Source: Mytilus edulis (taxonomy: Eukaryota). Taken from it: DNA of 64,000 bases. The stretch covers positions 806,001-870,000 of the forward strand of contig NC_092353.1 of assembly GCF_963676685.1 (NCBI RefSeq). The letters are read 5' to 3'. The first letter of the stretch is position 1; every line of letters starts with the position of its first letter. The notes beneath the pieces are model-generated. The model worked only from the letters and a program-made list of their open reading frames with translations, made no database searches and was not told the origin of the DNA. Position numbers and translations under genes: made by a program. Shown piece after piece: positions 1 through 12,227 of this stretch.

Positions 1-266
1 GTTTCTGTAAAGAGACTTAATTACAATATAGAAACAAAAAGAAAGATTTGAAATCAACAAAATTATACTTGTCATAGTGAGATATGCATTGAAATAATAT
101 CAACAGTTTTTTTTTAAACAGCACCATTGGATGTTAACAAGTTACTTCTTTTACCATGTTTACACTGCTGTTATATTGAATAGTTTTATGTTTTTGTCAT
201 GGCATTGTTGGTTTGTTTTGCGACTTATGATTTTGAATATCTCTTTGGTATCTTTCATCTGTCTAT

Positions 267-961
267 AATTCTTATATCATTTGCATATCTGTAAATACTT
301 GAATTGGATTGGTCAAGTAGAATTTTTCTCTTGGTTTACACTTCGAAAAACCATGTTTCTGAAACTTCTTTTGTAATCTATTCATGCGCAATACACATTC
401 TTGCAGGTATACTGGGATTTTCAGCAAGTTTATATTATAAAACAATTGCATAACAGTTGTTTCTATTCTTATGCATATATAACCAAAAATAAAGAAATAA
501 AATAAATGCACTAAAGGTTCGAAAATGTATAAAAAATAGAATTCAAATAAAATTCGGGAAATTTCACGAATGATTTGGCAAATTTACGTCATGGCAAAAC
601 ACGACGTCATGCGATTAAAAACTTTCAGATGGAAGATTTTTTCCTTACTTGTTCACGCTTCAAAATCGGATAGTATCTAATTAAAATGAAGTTTTTGAAG
701 GAGGTGCTAGTTCATTTTAGATTCTGCTGAATTTATCGAACATTTAATTTTTTTGAAAGCCAAGATGGCGGCGTACTCCTTAGTAACGACACGTCATTGT
801 GCTTCTGATGGTACATATTGTAGCCATCAAAGTAATAATGTAAATAAATAATCTCGAATGTTTGGCTGAAGAATTATAAGGATCTTTTATTCAGTTTGTG
901 AGTTAACCGCCCGGGTTTACACATCAATAACCTCTAGAAAAAATGTGTTTAATCCTATAAT
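267..961. mobile_element. ~695-bp non-autonomous DNA element present in only one of the two duplicated blocks (possibly Crypton-like)
   Basis: The paralogous block at 6481-6530 reads gtctat|gtttagttg with no insert; here ~695 bp lie between those sequences. A short direct repeat CTATAAT sits at both ends and there is no clear TIR. Contains a YY1-type CAAGATGGCGGC motif (~762-773). Family assignment is inference. Confidence 0.65.
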
Positions 962-1282
962 GTTTAGTTGTTTACATCAACATTATTTGGTCTCTGGTGG
1001 ACAGGTCATGCAGGTAAAAAAAAACTGGATTTGGCAATTTGAAAACTTTGACATGATATGGTTACAATGACAAAATTGATGGTGTAGGTATTCTATCTTG
1101 TCCTTCCTGTATCTCTGTGAATGTGATAGACATTGTCAACACTACTCCAAGATGTAGGAAAAGATGAAAAGAAGAAATGATCCTTTCTATTAAAACATTC
1201 CTTCAACAAGAAAGGCCTTCATGTCATCAACTTGGGCAATATCCTTCATCATATATCAGTTCAATAGAAAATACCTCTCTAT

Positions 1283-1540
1283 CTTAAAGATGAGTCTACC
1301 TATTATTTCTTATACCTTTACCAAACCAATTGCAACTGAAATTTTCAATTACAATCATGTTTTGCAGGATTTCAATATTGATGACTTCAAGTCAAAAGTT
1401 CCTGTTTGCATCTGTTCTAGTTCCAAATTCATATATAATAAAAATATGAGTGCCACATGAGGGGCAGGATCTACATACTCTTCCAGAGATCTCCCAAAGG
1501 TTTTGGTGGGGTTCCCGTTGCTTAGTCTATGATTCTTTGC
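1283..1540 (+). pseudogene. Penelope-like retroelement fragment (region N-terminal to RT); second copy at ~6843-7090
   Basis: Translates as PIISYTFTKPIATEIFNYNHVLQDFNIDDFKSKVPVCICSSSKFIYN, resembling mollusc Penelope-like ORFs. It is joined to a piece of the repeat also seen at 40240-40572. Confidence 0.55.
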
Positions 1541-1544
1541 ATGT

Positions 1545-2313
1545 GGATGCCTCATGTTACGAAGTTTCCGTCATTGACCTCATTTTCATGGTACAGTGAT
1601 CAAAAGTTAAGTTTTTGAGTTTTGGTCTCTTTATCTAATACTGTAAGCCATATATCAACTATATTTGGTGTATAGAAATATAAAAAATATTTTATGATCT
1701 ATATGTCAGTGGCACATGTTTTATTATACCTTGACCTCATTTTTACGGTTCATTGATCAGTGTTAAGTTTTTGTGTTTTGGTATATTTTTCTTAAACTAT
1801 ATGAAATAGGTCAACCACAATTGTTGTATGGAAACATTGTTAGCTGTATATGTCTGCCTGGCATGGTTCATCTGACCTTGACCTCATTCTCATGGTTTAT
1901 TGGTCTTTATTTATTTATCATGGTCAATGTTAAGTTTATGTAATGTTGTAATTAAGCTTTATACTTAGGACTATCACCATACTATCAATGATGAGTAAAG
2001 AAGGCGAGACATTTCAGTGCGTGCACTCTTGTTGTGATTTAGTCTGTTTTTCTTTAACTATAAGCAATAGGTCAACTATATTTGTTGTTTGGAAGAATTG
2101 TTAGCTTTACATGTCTGCCTGGCATGGTTAATCTGACCTTGACCTCATTTTCATGGTTCAAAGATCAATGTTTAATAAAATGGCTCCTGACTTGGGACAG
2201 GCGCAGTTTTCTTGGTTTATGTGACAGTTGTAATAAAGCTTTATATTTAGGACTTTCAACATAATATCAATCATTAGTAAAGAAGGCGAGACATTTCAGT
2301 GTTTGCACTCTTG
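1545..2313 (+). mobile_element. Helentron/HINE-type non-autonomous element (3' part) with internal ~150-bp repeats
   Basis: Repeated GACCTTGACCTCATTTTCATGGTTCA motifs. The 3' end AAAGAAGGCGAGACATTTCAGTG..TGCACTCTTG occurs twice. Same family as 5132-6134; absent from the paralogous block near 7095. Confidence 0.7.
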
Positions 2314-2695
2314 TTTTTTCAACTTGTGAGTTTGAATGGCCCTTTTGTTTCCTTCTCCTCTCTCTTATCTCTTTGGCAATAATACTACATACTTAATAAA
2401 TTCTTGTTTGCTATTTAGTTATAACCTATTTATATTCATAATACTTTTTTTTACCAATAATAGACTTTGGAAGTGTAAAAAACTTTGTATAATAATGAAA
2501 GAATTAAAGTAATACTTTTTACAACATTTAATAATAGCATACACACATATAAATATATATTTATATATCCATGTAAAGTGTTACACTTATACACAGCTAA
2601 CATTTTACCTCAAGATCATATTTTATATTTCATATTAATCTTATTGTGTTTGATTTACAATTAAAAAAATTCTACATTATTTTGACGGCACAGAT

Positions 2696-3829
2696 TTAAC
2701 ATCCTATAATGTTCATTTTATACAGCCTTCCAGTGTCAGAACTGTCTTCACATGACCCTGTATTACGACATCCTATATATAACACTGCAAAGTTTCCTTC
2801 CATTGTAATGGCCAGTGATCTTGGATATTCTATACCTCTGTCTTTGGTATTGTAGATGGTCAGTAGATGACCAGTGTTGTCCAGTATGTGTAGTGTATGA
2901 CTGCTAAAGTCAGCTACAATAACATTGTCCATTGGTGTGGTTATTACTGCCTCTGGCCAGAATGCATTGTACCTGTTGATGGAAGGATGTCCTGTGTAAT
3001 AACTGATGGCATCTCCTTTACCTAACACAACTACTCTTGGATTATTAGAATATGGCTTGGCCACAAAAATATTACCGTTCAGGGTACTGGTTATACACCA
3101 AATATTTCCATCAAATATAGGTTTATTGTTTTTATCTTCCATATATCTTGTCAAATGATTACCATCCGTGTCCATAACAATAACCACTTTATTTCTACCT
3201 ACTATCACTCTGCCATCTTTTGTCACATGTACACTTTTGATATAAGACAGTTCTACAAAGTATACAGAATCAGACACTTTATTAGATCCAGCTTTGATCT
3301 GCTTCAGTATTTTTTCCCCTGTAGCCAGGAGAATATCATTGGTAGGAGAAACAGCTATATCACATACCTCAATGTTAAAACTTGATATGACCTTCACCTT
3401 ATCCCCTACAAGTTTAACATTCTGTAGTGCTGTATGTGATGTAAAGAGATGAAAACCTTTCTCCATATCTCCATCACCAATCCATAATGAACCATCCAGG
3501 GATACTGCCAAAAACCTGATGTTCAACATTTTGGTCTTGTATTCTTTAATGTTTATTAATTTAACATTAGTTGGAGGACTGGGTACTCCTAATTCTGGCT
3601 GACTAGTATTTTTTTTGTCCTGTTGGTATACACCCTTGCTTTGTTGACCAATATCCTTGATGTCAATAATTCTATGGTCTTTTTCAGACTTGAATTTAGA
3701 ATGTACTTTATCCTTACATTTACTACACATCAATAAGTCACAGTCCAGACACTTCCATTTTACTTTAGGTTCTCCTTCACATAGTTGACATTGTATCGGA
3801 CATTGTACTTGTGGACGAGACATGGCCAT
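2696..3829 (-). CDS. B-box zinc finger + beta-propeller (NHL/SMP-30-like) protein, TRIM-like without RING, paralog 1 (377 aa)
   Basis: Intact ORF. N-terminal CQLC..KWKCLDCDLLMCSKCKDKVH...H B-box. C-terminal blade-like repeats (LAVSLDGSLWIG, IAVSPTNDILL, VHVTKDGRVIV, ITSTLNGNIFV, VITTPMDNVIVAD, PRSLAIT). Probable 5'UTR acceptor (ttgtag) near 3882. Confidence 0.9.
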   Translation of the reverse strand: MAMSRPQVQCPIQCQLCEGEPKVKWKCLDCDLLMCSKCKDKVHSKFKSEKDHRIIDIKDIGQQSKGVYQQDKKNTSQPELGVPSPPTNVKLINIKEYKTKMLNIRFLAVSLDGSLWIGDGDMEKGFHLFTSHTALQNVKLVGDKVKVISSFNIEVCDIAVSPTNDILLATGEKILKQIKAGSNKVSDSVYFVELSYIKSVHVTKDGRVIVGRNKVVIVMDTDGNHLTRYMEDKNNKPIFDGNIWCITSTLNGNIFVAKPYSNNPRVVVLGKGDAISYYTGHPSINRYNAFWPEAVITTPMDNVIVADFSSHTLHILDNTGHLLTIYNTKDRGIEYPRSLAITMEGNFAVLYIGCRNTGSCEDSSDTGRLYKMNIIGC

Positions 3830-4506
3830 ATTGAAGACAAAATATGCAGCTCTCTTTCATCAACTTTTATTCAGTAATAACCTACAACATGTATAAGATT
3901 AGATAATTTTTATAAGTGTAAATATTTGATAATGTATCATATGAATAAAACTAGATGTGGGTTAATGTCACTAAAACTACATGCATGGACAAAACATATT
4001 ATAGTTATGAAAATTGCAAGTTAACCTTACTCTCTTGAAACATGTTTGTGAAATAAAAAATTCTAATTATTACTATATCAATTTAAAACAAGGTTAACTA
4101 TCCATATTTGTATTATCCAATTAGTAATTAGGTACGTGGCCACACTACACTGCGTTAAACAGATAAAAGTTCACTAACTTAAGTAAAACCAGAAAACATG
4201 CAGAGGAACGATTTCTGCTGATCAATTATAAATATATATACACGTGTAAATAAACTGTAAATATCGAGGAAACATTTTAAATTTCATGAATTAGCTCATA
4301 TTTTTATGCCGATACATATATGCATATATACAAAACACTTATAATGTTCCTTTTAAAATGATGATAGATGTCTACCTGTGTGACTTTTATATTTTAATCA
4401 TTCAGATATTTTATGGAATACAAGTTACAATTAGTATGAAAAATAATTATTGTAAAGAAATGATTGTTGATGATAATTAAAAGACAAGACTCTAATGCAT
4501 AAAAAT

Positions 4507-4717
4507 ACTGTGGATTCATTTATTTTCATGGGTACCAATTTTCATAGTTTGAAGAAAACTTGCAAACTCGTGGTTATTTAATTTCATGGTTCTGGCATTG
4601 TCTGCATACATTTCTTTAGAAAATTTGTAATTCGTTGAACATTTAAATTTGTGGTTCATCGGTACCTACGTAATCCATGAAAATTGGTATCCAACGAATA
4701 ATAACGAATCCACAGTA
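4507..4717. mobile_element. Tc1/mariner-type MITE
   Basis: TA-CTGTGGATTCATTTATT ... AATAACGAATCCACAG-TA: imperfect TIRs flanked by TA. Confidence 0.7.
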
Positions 4718-5131
4718 TGTATTGGTTATAGTACAAATAGAGAAATATATATGGACAAATTTGGTAACAAACAAGACCTATACAGGAATCGTCCACTGAA
4801 ATGAGGATTCAATGTCTTATGATGATGCTACAAAATGAATTTGTATTCCTCAGAGCTTCTAGTATTTAAAGTTAAAATGAAGTATCTAATCTGTATTGTT
4901 ATGTATGTATACATCTATCACCAGATTAAACTGTGTTCACTTATTTGTAATTACTGATAAATAGATACAGCCATGTGTGTATGTTGTACAATCGTATATA
5001 GATGTATAATTGATTAACTAAAACATGTAATACTTAAATCTTATTGAACTTTTCATCTCTTTGTTATTGACATTATAAACATGATAGATCTTTTTCTGAA
5101 TTAAGAATGTGACTAAAACTCACTTAAGTGC

Positions 5132-6134
5132 TTTTTGTCGAGCCTGCAACTTTTGTTGCAGAAAGCTCGACATAGGATAGTGATCCGGCGGCGGCTACAG
5201 TGGCGGCGGCGGTGTTAGCTCACTTCTTAAAAGCTTTATATTTTAGAAGGTAGAAGACCTGGATGCTTCATACTTTGAATATAGATGCCTCATGTTACTA
5301 ACTTTCAGTCAGTCACATGTCCAATGTCCTTGACCTCATTTTCATGGTTCAGTGACTACTTGAAAAAAAAAGTTAAGATTTTTTGTAATGTTAAATTCTC
5401 TCTTATAATAAGTAATTGGATAACTATATTTGGTATGTGCGTACCTTGCAAGGTCCTCATGCCTGTCAGACAGTTTTCACTTGACCTCGACCTCATTTGA
5501 TGGATCAGTGGACAAGGTTAAGTTTTCGTGGTCAAGTCCATATCGCAGTTACTATAAGCAATAGGTCTAGTATATTAGTTGTATGGAAGGACTATAAGGT
5601 GTACATGTCCAACTGGCAGGTGTCAACTGACCTTGACCTCATTTTCATGGTTCAGTGGTTATAGTTAAGTTTGTGTGTTTTGGTCGGTTTTTCTTATACT
5701 ATATGCAGTAGGTCTACTTTATTTGGTATATGAAATGATTGTCAGGTGAACATGTCTAGCTGACAGGTGTCATATGACCTTGACCTCATTTTCATGGTTC
5801 AGTGGTCAAACTTGAGTTTTTTAGTTTTGGTCTATTTTTCTAATACTTTATGCATTAGGTCAACTATATTTGGTATATGGAAATATTGTATGATCTATAT
5901 GTCGGTTACGCAGGTTTCATTTGACCTTGACCTCATTTTCACGGTCCATTGCTAAGTTTTAAGTGTTTGTGTTTTGGTTTGTTTTTCATTATTTATATAC
6001 AATAAGTCAACTATATTTGTAATATTGAAGAATTGTTAGCTGTACATGTCTGCCTGGCATGGTCCATCAGACCTTGACCTCATTTTCATGGTTCACTGAT
6101 CAATGTTTCATTTTCTTTGTTAATGTTGAGTTGA
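5132..6134 (+). mobile_element. Helentron/HINE-type element carrying ~150-bp internal tandem repeats
   Basis: 5' T-run, subterminal inverted repeat GTCGAGC..GCTCGAC, (GGC)n microsatellite, then repeated GACCTTGACCTCATTTTCATGG units. This is the typical architecture of bivalve satellite-bearing elements. Confidence 0.75.
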
Positions 6135-6460
6135 TTATACGACCGCAAATTTAGAAATTTTTTTCGTCGTATATTGCTATCACGTTTGCCTCGTCGTCTG
6201 CGTCGTCGTCGTCGTCGTCTTCGTCCGAATACTTTTAGTTTTCGCACTTTAACTTAAGTAAAAGAGAATAGAAATCTATGAAATTTAAACACAAGGTTTA
6301 TGACCATAAAAGGAAGGTTGGTATTGATTTTGGGAGTTTTGGTCCCAACATTTTAGGAATTAGGGGCCAAAAAGGGCACAAATAAGCATTTTCTTGGTTT
6401 TCGCACTATTACTTTAGTTTAAGGTAATAGAAATCTATGAAATTTTGACACAAGGTTTAT
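6135..6460 (+). mobile_element. Fragment of a second HINE-type family (same family as 48920-50576, opposite strand)
   Basis: TTATACGACCGCAAA..TCGTATA hairpin followed by (CGT)n microsatellite; the reverse complement matches ~50330-50575. Confidence 0.7.
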
Positions 6461-7191
6461 TGTTTCGACTTATGATTTGAATATCTCTTTGGTATCTTTC
6501 ATCTGTCTATGTTTAGTTGTTTACATCCAGATTATTTGGTCTCTGGTGGATATCATAGGTAAAGAAAACTACTGGATTTGGCAATTTGAAAACTTTGACA
6601 TTATATGGTTGCAATGACAAAATTGATGGTGTAGGTATTCTATCTCATCCTTCCTGCAGCTCTGTGAATGTGATGATCATTTTCAGCACTACTCTGCGAC
6701 GTAAGAAAAGATGAAAAGAATTAAAGATCCTTTCTAAAACTTTCCTTCAACAAGAAAGGCCTTCATGTCATCAACTTGGGCAATATCCTTCATCATATAT
6801 CAGTTCAATAGAAAATACCTCTCTATCTTAAAGATCAGTGGACCTACTCTTCCTTATACCTTTACCAAACCAATTGCAACTTAAATTTTCAATTACAATC
6901 ATGTTTTGCAGGATTTCAATATTGATTACTTAAAGTCAAAAGTTCCTGTTTGCATCTGTTCTAGTTCCCAATTCATATATAATAAAGATATGGGTATCAC
7001 ATGAGGGGCAGGATCTACATTATTAACTTTTCGAGAGCACCTGAGATCCAAAAAAAGTATTTGGTGGGGTTCTTGTTGCTCAGTCTATGATTTTCTTTAT
7101 CCTCTATGTTGACAGTTTTATTATTTTCGACTTATGAGTTTCAATGTCCCTTATGTTTCCTTCGCCTCTCTCTTATTTCTTTGGCAATAAT

Positions 7192-7461
7192 ATAGGGTTA
7201 TTGCATGAATATTGGGAAATATTGTCCCGAGTAGAATCTTATATTGCACCAACTGGCTAGGGCAATATATGTTCTACGAGGGACAATATTCCCCAATCTT
7301 CATGCAATAACCCTTTCATTGTATGGCAATATAATTATGTAAGAGTAAATATTGGTTTAAAATAGATTTTGACGTTGATGGCGTCATGAATTTTTGAAGA
7401 TTTATTGCACGTTTACTTTTGGTTACTTTCTATTAAAATTATTATATTGCTATACAAAAAT
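7192..7461. mobile_element. ~270-bp double-hairpin insertion specific to duplicate block 2
   Basis: The empty site is visible in block 1 (2375-2395). Inverted repeat 1 is AGGGTTATTGCATGAA...TTCATGCAATAACCCT (7194-7314); inverted repeat 2 is TTGTATGGCAATATAAT...ATTATATTGCTATACAA (7319-7457). Confidence 0.7.
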
Positions 7462-7796
7462 ATCACATACTTAATTATTCTTGTTTGCTATTTACTCTGT
7501 ATCAGTTATAACCTAATTATATTTATAATACTTTTCTTTTAGTCGTTTTACTTTTTTTTAACAACAGTGGACTTTAGAAGTGTAATAATCATTGTGTAAT
7601 AATGAAAGAATTGAAGTAATACTTTTTACAACATTTAATGATAGCATACACACATATAAATATATATAATTCCATGTTAAGGGTTTCACTTATATACAGC
7701 TAACTATTTACCTCAAGATCATATTTTATATTTCATGTTTATATTGTTGTGTTTGAATTACAGTTTAAAAATATCTACATTTTTGACAGCATAGGT

Positions 7797-8951
7797 TTAA
7801 CATCCTATAATGTTCATTTTATACAGCTTTCCAGTGTCAGAACTTTCTTCATTTGACATATCACATCCTATATATAACACTGCAAAGTTTCCTTCCATAG
7901 TGATGGCTAGAGATCTTGGATTATATATACCTATCTCTGAAGTTTTGTATGTGGTCAGTAGATGACCATTGTTGTCTAATATGTGTAATGTATTACTGCC
8001 ATTGTCAGCTACAATAACATTGTCCATTGGTGTGGTGATTACTGTCTCTGGGTCGAATGTGATGTCACAGTTGATGAGAGGATGTCCGGTGTACTTATTG
8101 ATGACATCTCCGTTACCTAATACAACTACTCTTGGATTAGGACATATTTGTACCACAAAAATATTTCCATTCAGGGTACTGGTTATAGACCAAATATTTC
8201 TTTCAAATATTGGTCTATTGTTCTTATCTCTTATATACCTTGTCAGATGACTACCATCTGTATCAATAACATCAACCCATGCATATCCACCGACTATAAC
8301 TCGACCATCTTTGGTCACATGAACTCTCTTTAGATTGGTTATTTCTTCACAGTATGTAGAATATGTGACTTTATTTGACCCAGCCTTGATCTGCTTCAGT
8401 CCTAGTTCCCCTGTAACCAGTAGAATATCATTGGAAGGGGTAACAGCTATATCATATACCCTCATATTAAAACTTGATATGACCTTCATCTTGTCTCCTA
8501 CTAGTTTAACATTCTGTAGGGCTGTATATGATTTAAAGAGATGGAAACCCTCCTCCTCATCTCCATCACCAATCCATAATGAACCGTCCAAGGATACCGC
8601 CAAAAAATTTATGGTACTCATTTTGATCTGGTATTGTTTTGTGTTTGTTAGTTTAACATCAGTTTCAGAACTGCTTACCCCTGATTTTCGTTGACCAAAG
8701 ATGGACATCTTTTTGTTGTCTATTGGGTCCACTTTCTTGTCTTGTTGGTGCACATCCATGCCTTTTTTGCCCACTTCTTTTATGTCAACAATTCTATGGT
8801 CTTTTTCTGACTTGAATTTAGAATGTACTTTATCCTTACATTTACTACACATCAATAAGTCACAGTCAAGACACTTCCATTTTACTTTAGGGTCTCCTTC
8901 ACACAACTGACATTGTACTGGACATTGTCCTTGTAGTAAGGACATTGCCAT
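7797..8951 (-). CDS. B-box zinc finger + beta-propeller protein, TRIM-like without RING, paralog 2 (384 aa)
   Basis: Intact ORF colinear with 2696..3829; the B-box is nearly identical; the 3'UTR and flanks are also duplicated. Confidence 0.9.
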   Translation of the reverse strand: MAMSLLQGQCPVQCQLCEGDPKVKWKCLDCDLLMCSKCKDKVHSKFKSEKDHRIVDIKEVGKKGMDVHQQDKKVDPIDNKKMSIFGQRKSGVSSSETDVKLTNTKQYQIKMSTINFLAVSLDGSLWIGDGDEEEGFHLFKSYTALQNVKLVGDKMKVISSFNMRVYDIAVTPSNDILLVTGELGLKQIKAGSNKVTYSTYCEEITNLKRVHVTKDGRVIVGGYAWVDVIDTDGSHLTRYIRDKNNRPIFERNIWSITSTLNGNIFVVQICPNPRVVVLGNGDVINKYTGHPLINCDITFDPETVITTPMDNVIVADNGSNTLHILDNNGHLLTTYKTSEIGIYNPRSLAITMEGNFAVLYIGCDMSNEESSDTGKLYKMNIIGC

Positions 8952-9309
8952 ATTGAAAAAAAAGAAAAATATTCAGCTCTCTTTCATCGATTAATCAAAT
9001 AATAACTTACAGCATACAACATATATGAGATTAGATATTTTTCATTAGTTTAATCATTTGATTATTTATCATATAAATAAAACTAGATGTGGGTTAATGT
9101 CAAACAAGGACTATACAGTAAAGTCCACTGAAATTGTAACAGTGGTTTGATTCCGCCAGTGTACTTTATCCGGAGGATGAACATTCTTAGTGTTTTTTAT
9201 CCACCAATAAAAATTCACTTCAGAGTTTTTAATCTGAGTCCAGTGTGGAACATCCACCACTTTTGATGAGATTCTAAAGATTATTTTTTTAAGGTGAATT
9301 ATATAAAAA

Positions 9310-10277
9310 ATTTGTAAGGGTTCCGCGGAACCCAGTGTCTCGCCTATTTTTGCTGTAAATCTCAGGCTCAACAACAATGAGGAAAAAAATCAATAAAAAA
9401 AAATTCCTCTTGTTACTATTTTATGATTGTAAGAAAATCTAAGTCCATTTAAAACTAAATTACAGAAAAAACGGAGTAATCTTTTTACAAACTTTACTTC
9501 TGGATACAATCTTATGATCATAAATAAGCTTCTCTCCAAGTTTGGTACAAACCCAGGATAGTTTAAGAAAGTTATTAAAATTGTAAAAACTTTAACCACA
9601 GAGTGAATGTAATGGTTCCCCGCAGAAATACTAAGTCCATTTAAAAGTAAAATATGGAAAAAATGGATTTAATTATTTACAAAATTTACTTCTGGATACT
9701 ATCTTATGATCATAAACAAGCTTCTGTCCAAGTTTGGTACAAACCCAGGATAGTTTAAGAAAGTTATTAAAATTCTAAAAAATTTAACCACAGAGTGAAT
9801 TTAATGTTTCCCTGCAGAAAAATCTAAGTCAATTTATAAGTAAAATACAGAAAAAATGGAATTTTACTTTTACAAAATTTACTTCTGGATATTATCTTAT
9901 GATCATAAACAAGCTTCTGTCCAAGTTTGGTACAAACCCAGGATAGTTGGAGAAAGTTATTAAAATTCTAAAAACTTTAACCACAGAGTGAATGTTTTGT
10001 TTCCCCGCAGAAAAAACTAAGTCCATTTATAGTAAAATACGGAAAAAATGGAATTTTATTTTTACAAAATTTACTTCTGGATACTATCTTATGATCATAA
10101 ACAAGCTTCTGTCAAAGTTTGGTAGAAATCCAGTATAGTTCAAGAAAGTTATTAAAATTTAAAAAACTTTAACCACAGAGTGAATATTTGTTGACGCCGC
10201 CGACGACGCCGACGCCGACGGAAAGTAGGATCGCTTAGTCTCGCTTTTTCGACTAAAGTCGAAGGCTCGACAAAAAT
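9310..10277 (-). mobile_element. Helentron/HINE-type element with ~4 internal ~190-bp tandem units
   Basis: Terminal hairpin GGGTTCCGCGGAACCC at one end; (GACGCC)n microsatellite and TTCGACT-A-A-AGTCGAA palindrome at the other. Internal repeats of GATCATAAACAAGCTTCTGTCCAAGTTTGGTACAAACCCAGG. Confidence 0.75.
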
Positions 10278-11208
10278 GGAGCTTGGTATTTTTTGGGGCC
10301 TTTTGAATAAACTAAAACTTGCATAGCTGATTTATGTAAAAAAAAAAAGAAGTACAAAGTGAACTAGTGTTTTTCTTCCAATGAATGTCTACACAAATGT
10401 TATTAACCAGTAACGTATTACACTAGTGATTGTGTTTCTGGAATGATTGCACTAGTTAATTTGAACCGGGATTTATTTCACAAGTATTTAAGATTCATTC
10501 ATTGATGAAGTGTTTTAGTTCTCACTTTGAACACATGATAACACAATATAATGCTTTATTTACGAATTATATTTTCATAATTTTCTAATCCATCTAATCA
10601 TATGCTTTTAAATTGTAATATTCATATATATACCTGATTGCCGAAGTTTTTCTGTGCATTTGCGATTTGTTAGACATATTAGAGATATTAAATCATATCT
10701 TCGAATTCTATGTCAATACTATTAATCAAACTGGTTTCTTGATAACTATTCTCATTCTAACCCATTTATTTATGTAATCTATGAACCGGTCTAATATAAA
10801 CAAAACAATGATATGAAGATCAACTCATTCACACTATTTGCGTCCAATATTCTCTAGTGAAAAACAGCTAACCGGGAATGAAATCAGGGTGGAATGAAAT
10901 TACGCTTACAAAATGAGTTTTTTTTCTATAAAGGATACAATGACCTATGATGATGCTACAAAATGAATTTGTAATACACAGCTACTAGTAAAGTTAATTA
11001 GATGTATCTAATCTGTATTTTATTTTGACCATTTTAATGTTGTAGAACTTTTACTCTAAGATTTTTCTGGACAGAGATGGACAAGATTCTGCAAACCAAC
11101 TATCTGTTGATCGAATGTTATTCAGTTATAATGTAAATCATATATATATATATGAGATTAGATAATTGTTGTTAGTTTAAAGATTTGATAAATGACCATA
11201 TATATAGT

Positions 11209-11337
11209 GTACCCCTTACCCCCAGTACACAAGATTTGTCAATAAATTTTCATGTGATCGTTTTTAGTCCTCCTACAAAATACAACAACAACCGGAAAAT
11301 TTATTGACAAATCTTGTGTACTGGGGGTAAGGGGTAC
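11209..11337. repeat. Perfect 43-bp inverted repeat (hairpin) with ~43-bp spacer
   Basis: GTACCCCTTACCCCCAGTACACAAGATTTGTCAATAAATTTTC followed by its exact reverse complement; extends to TAG(T/A)GTACCCC with one mismatch. Confidence 0.9.
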
Positions 11338-11559
11338 TCTAAGGGCAAACACAATGCATATCATCTGAAAGATAAACTTTTCCTGAATCGAATGGTGTAT
11401 GTTACAAAAAATTTGAGACTGAATTGACAGAGAAATAAGGGTTTTAAGCGGAGAGGTGAAAAAAGTAGTTGGGTACCTTCTCGTAAATATACGTTGATAG
11501 TGGTTCTTCCAATGGATAGAAACAAGTGCCTGTGAACGGAGTAGGTTAACTCCTTCAGG

Positions 11560-12227
11560 TCGACCTAAATTAACACCCATCATAATAACTGACAGTAAAG
11601 GGTTTAATTTACAGTCTCAGGCATTCACATCAGCTGAGAAAGATCTAACCTGGTAATACGGGTATTGTATGAGAGGAGCAAGAATTAGAAATTGTAGAGA
11701 GTGGATTCGAGAGTCTATTGATGCGATTATAGAAGAAGAAGGCAATATATGGGTGTACATATGGGCAGGAACTTGTGACTTTACTGCTAAAAACGGGAAA
11801 TATATATATATCCCTGCATACTCACGACACTGAATCAATTGTTGAGGACTTTATTTCAGAAGCCAACCTAATTATCAAATGTGTCAACGCCCATCCCGGA
11901 TATAGAGTAACTATTTTAGAAATACCACTATATGGCATTGTAAGTTGGAATTGGGCAGCAGGTATAGGTAGGGACGATAGAGAAAGGTTTCATGACCACG
12001 AAAAACAACTGGAAGAACAAATAATAGCTGTCATTCGAAAAATAAGAGAGCTCAACGAAGCAAGCGAAAGTTACTCTCCAAAATTTAGCTCAGACCTCAC
12101 ACTCATCCAAAAATATAGAAAAGGTAGTAACCATCAAGTAGCTAGAAGGGTCCAACACAGATTTAAATTATACTTTGACGGAATACACCGTAGACAATTA
12201 TTCTCAAAAGTTTGGCTGAAAAAATAG
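11560..12227 (+). pseudogene. Decayed SGNH/GDSL hydrolase-fold ORF of the type carried by retroelements
   Basis: Manual translation: PIIITDSKG (block I) ... MRGARI (block II) ... VYIWAGTCDFT (block III), frameshift in a (TA)n run near 11805, then VTILEIP ... LYFDGIH (block V DxxH). One in-frame TAA at ~11655. Confidence 0.7.

Noticed and set aside
762-773. YY1 motif as a host gene promoter (also NRF1/ETS-like motifs at ~16600-16625)
   Set aside because: Both lie inside transposon-derived segments and have no linked exon that I can identify.
7969-8910. Several plus-strand ORFs
   Set aside because: Antisense shadows of the B-box gene CDS.
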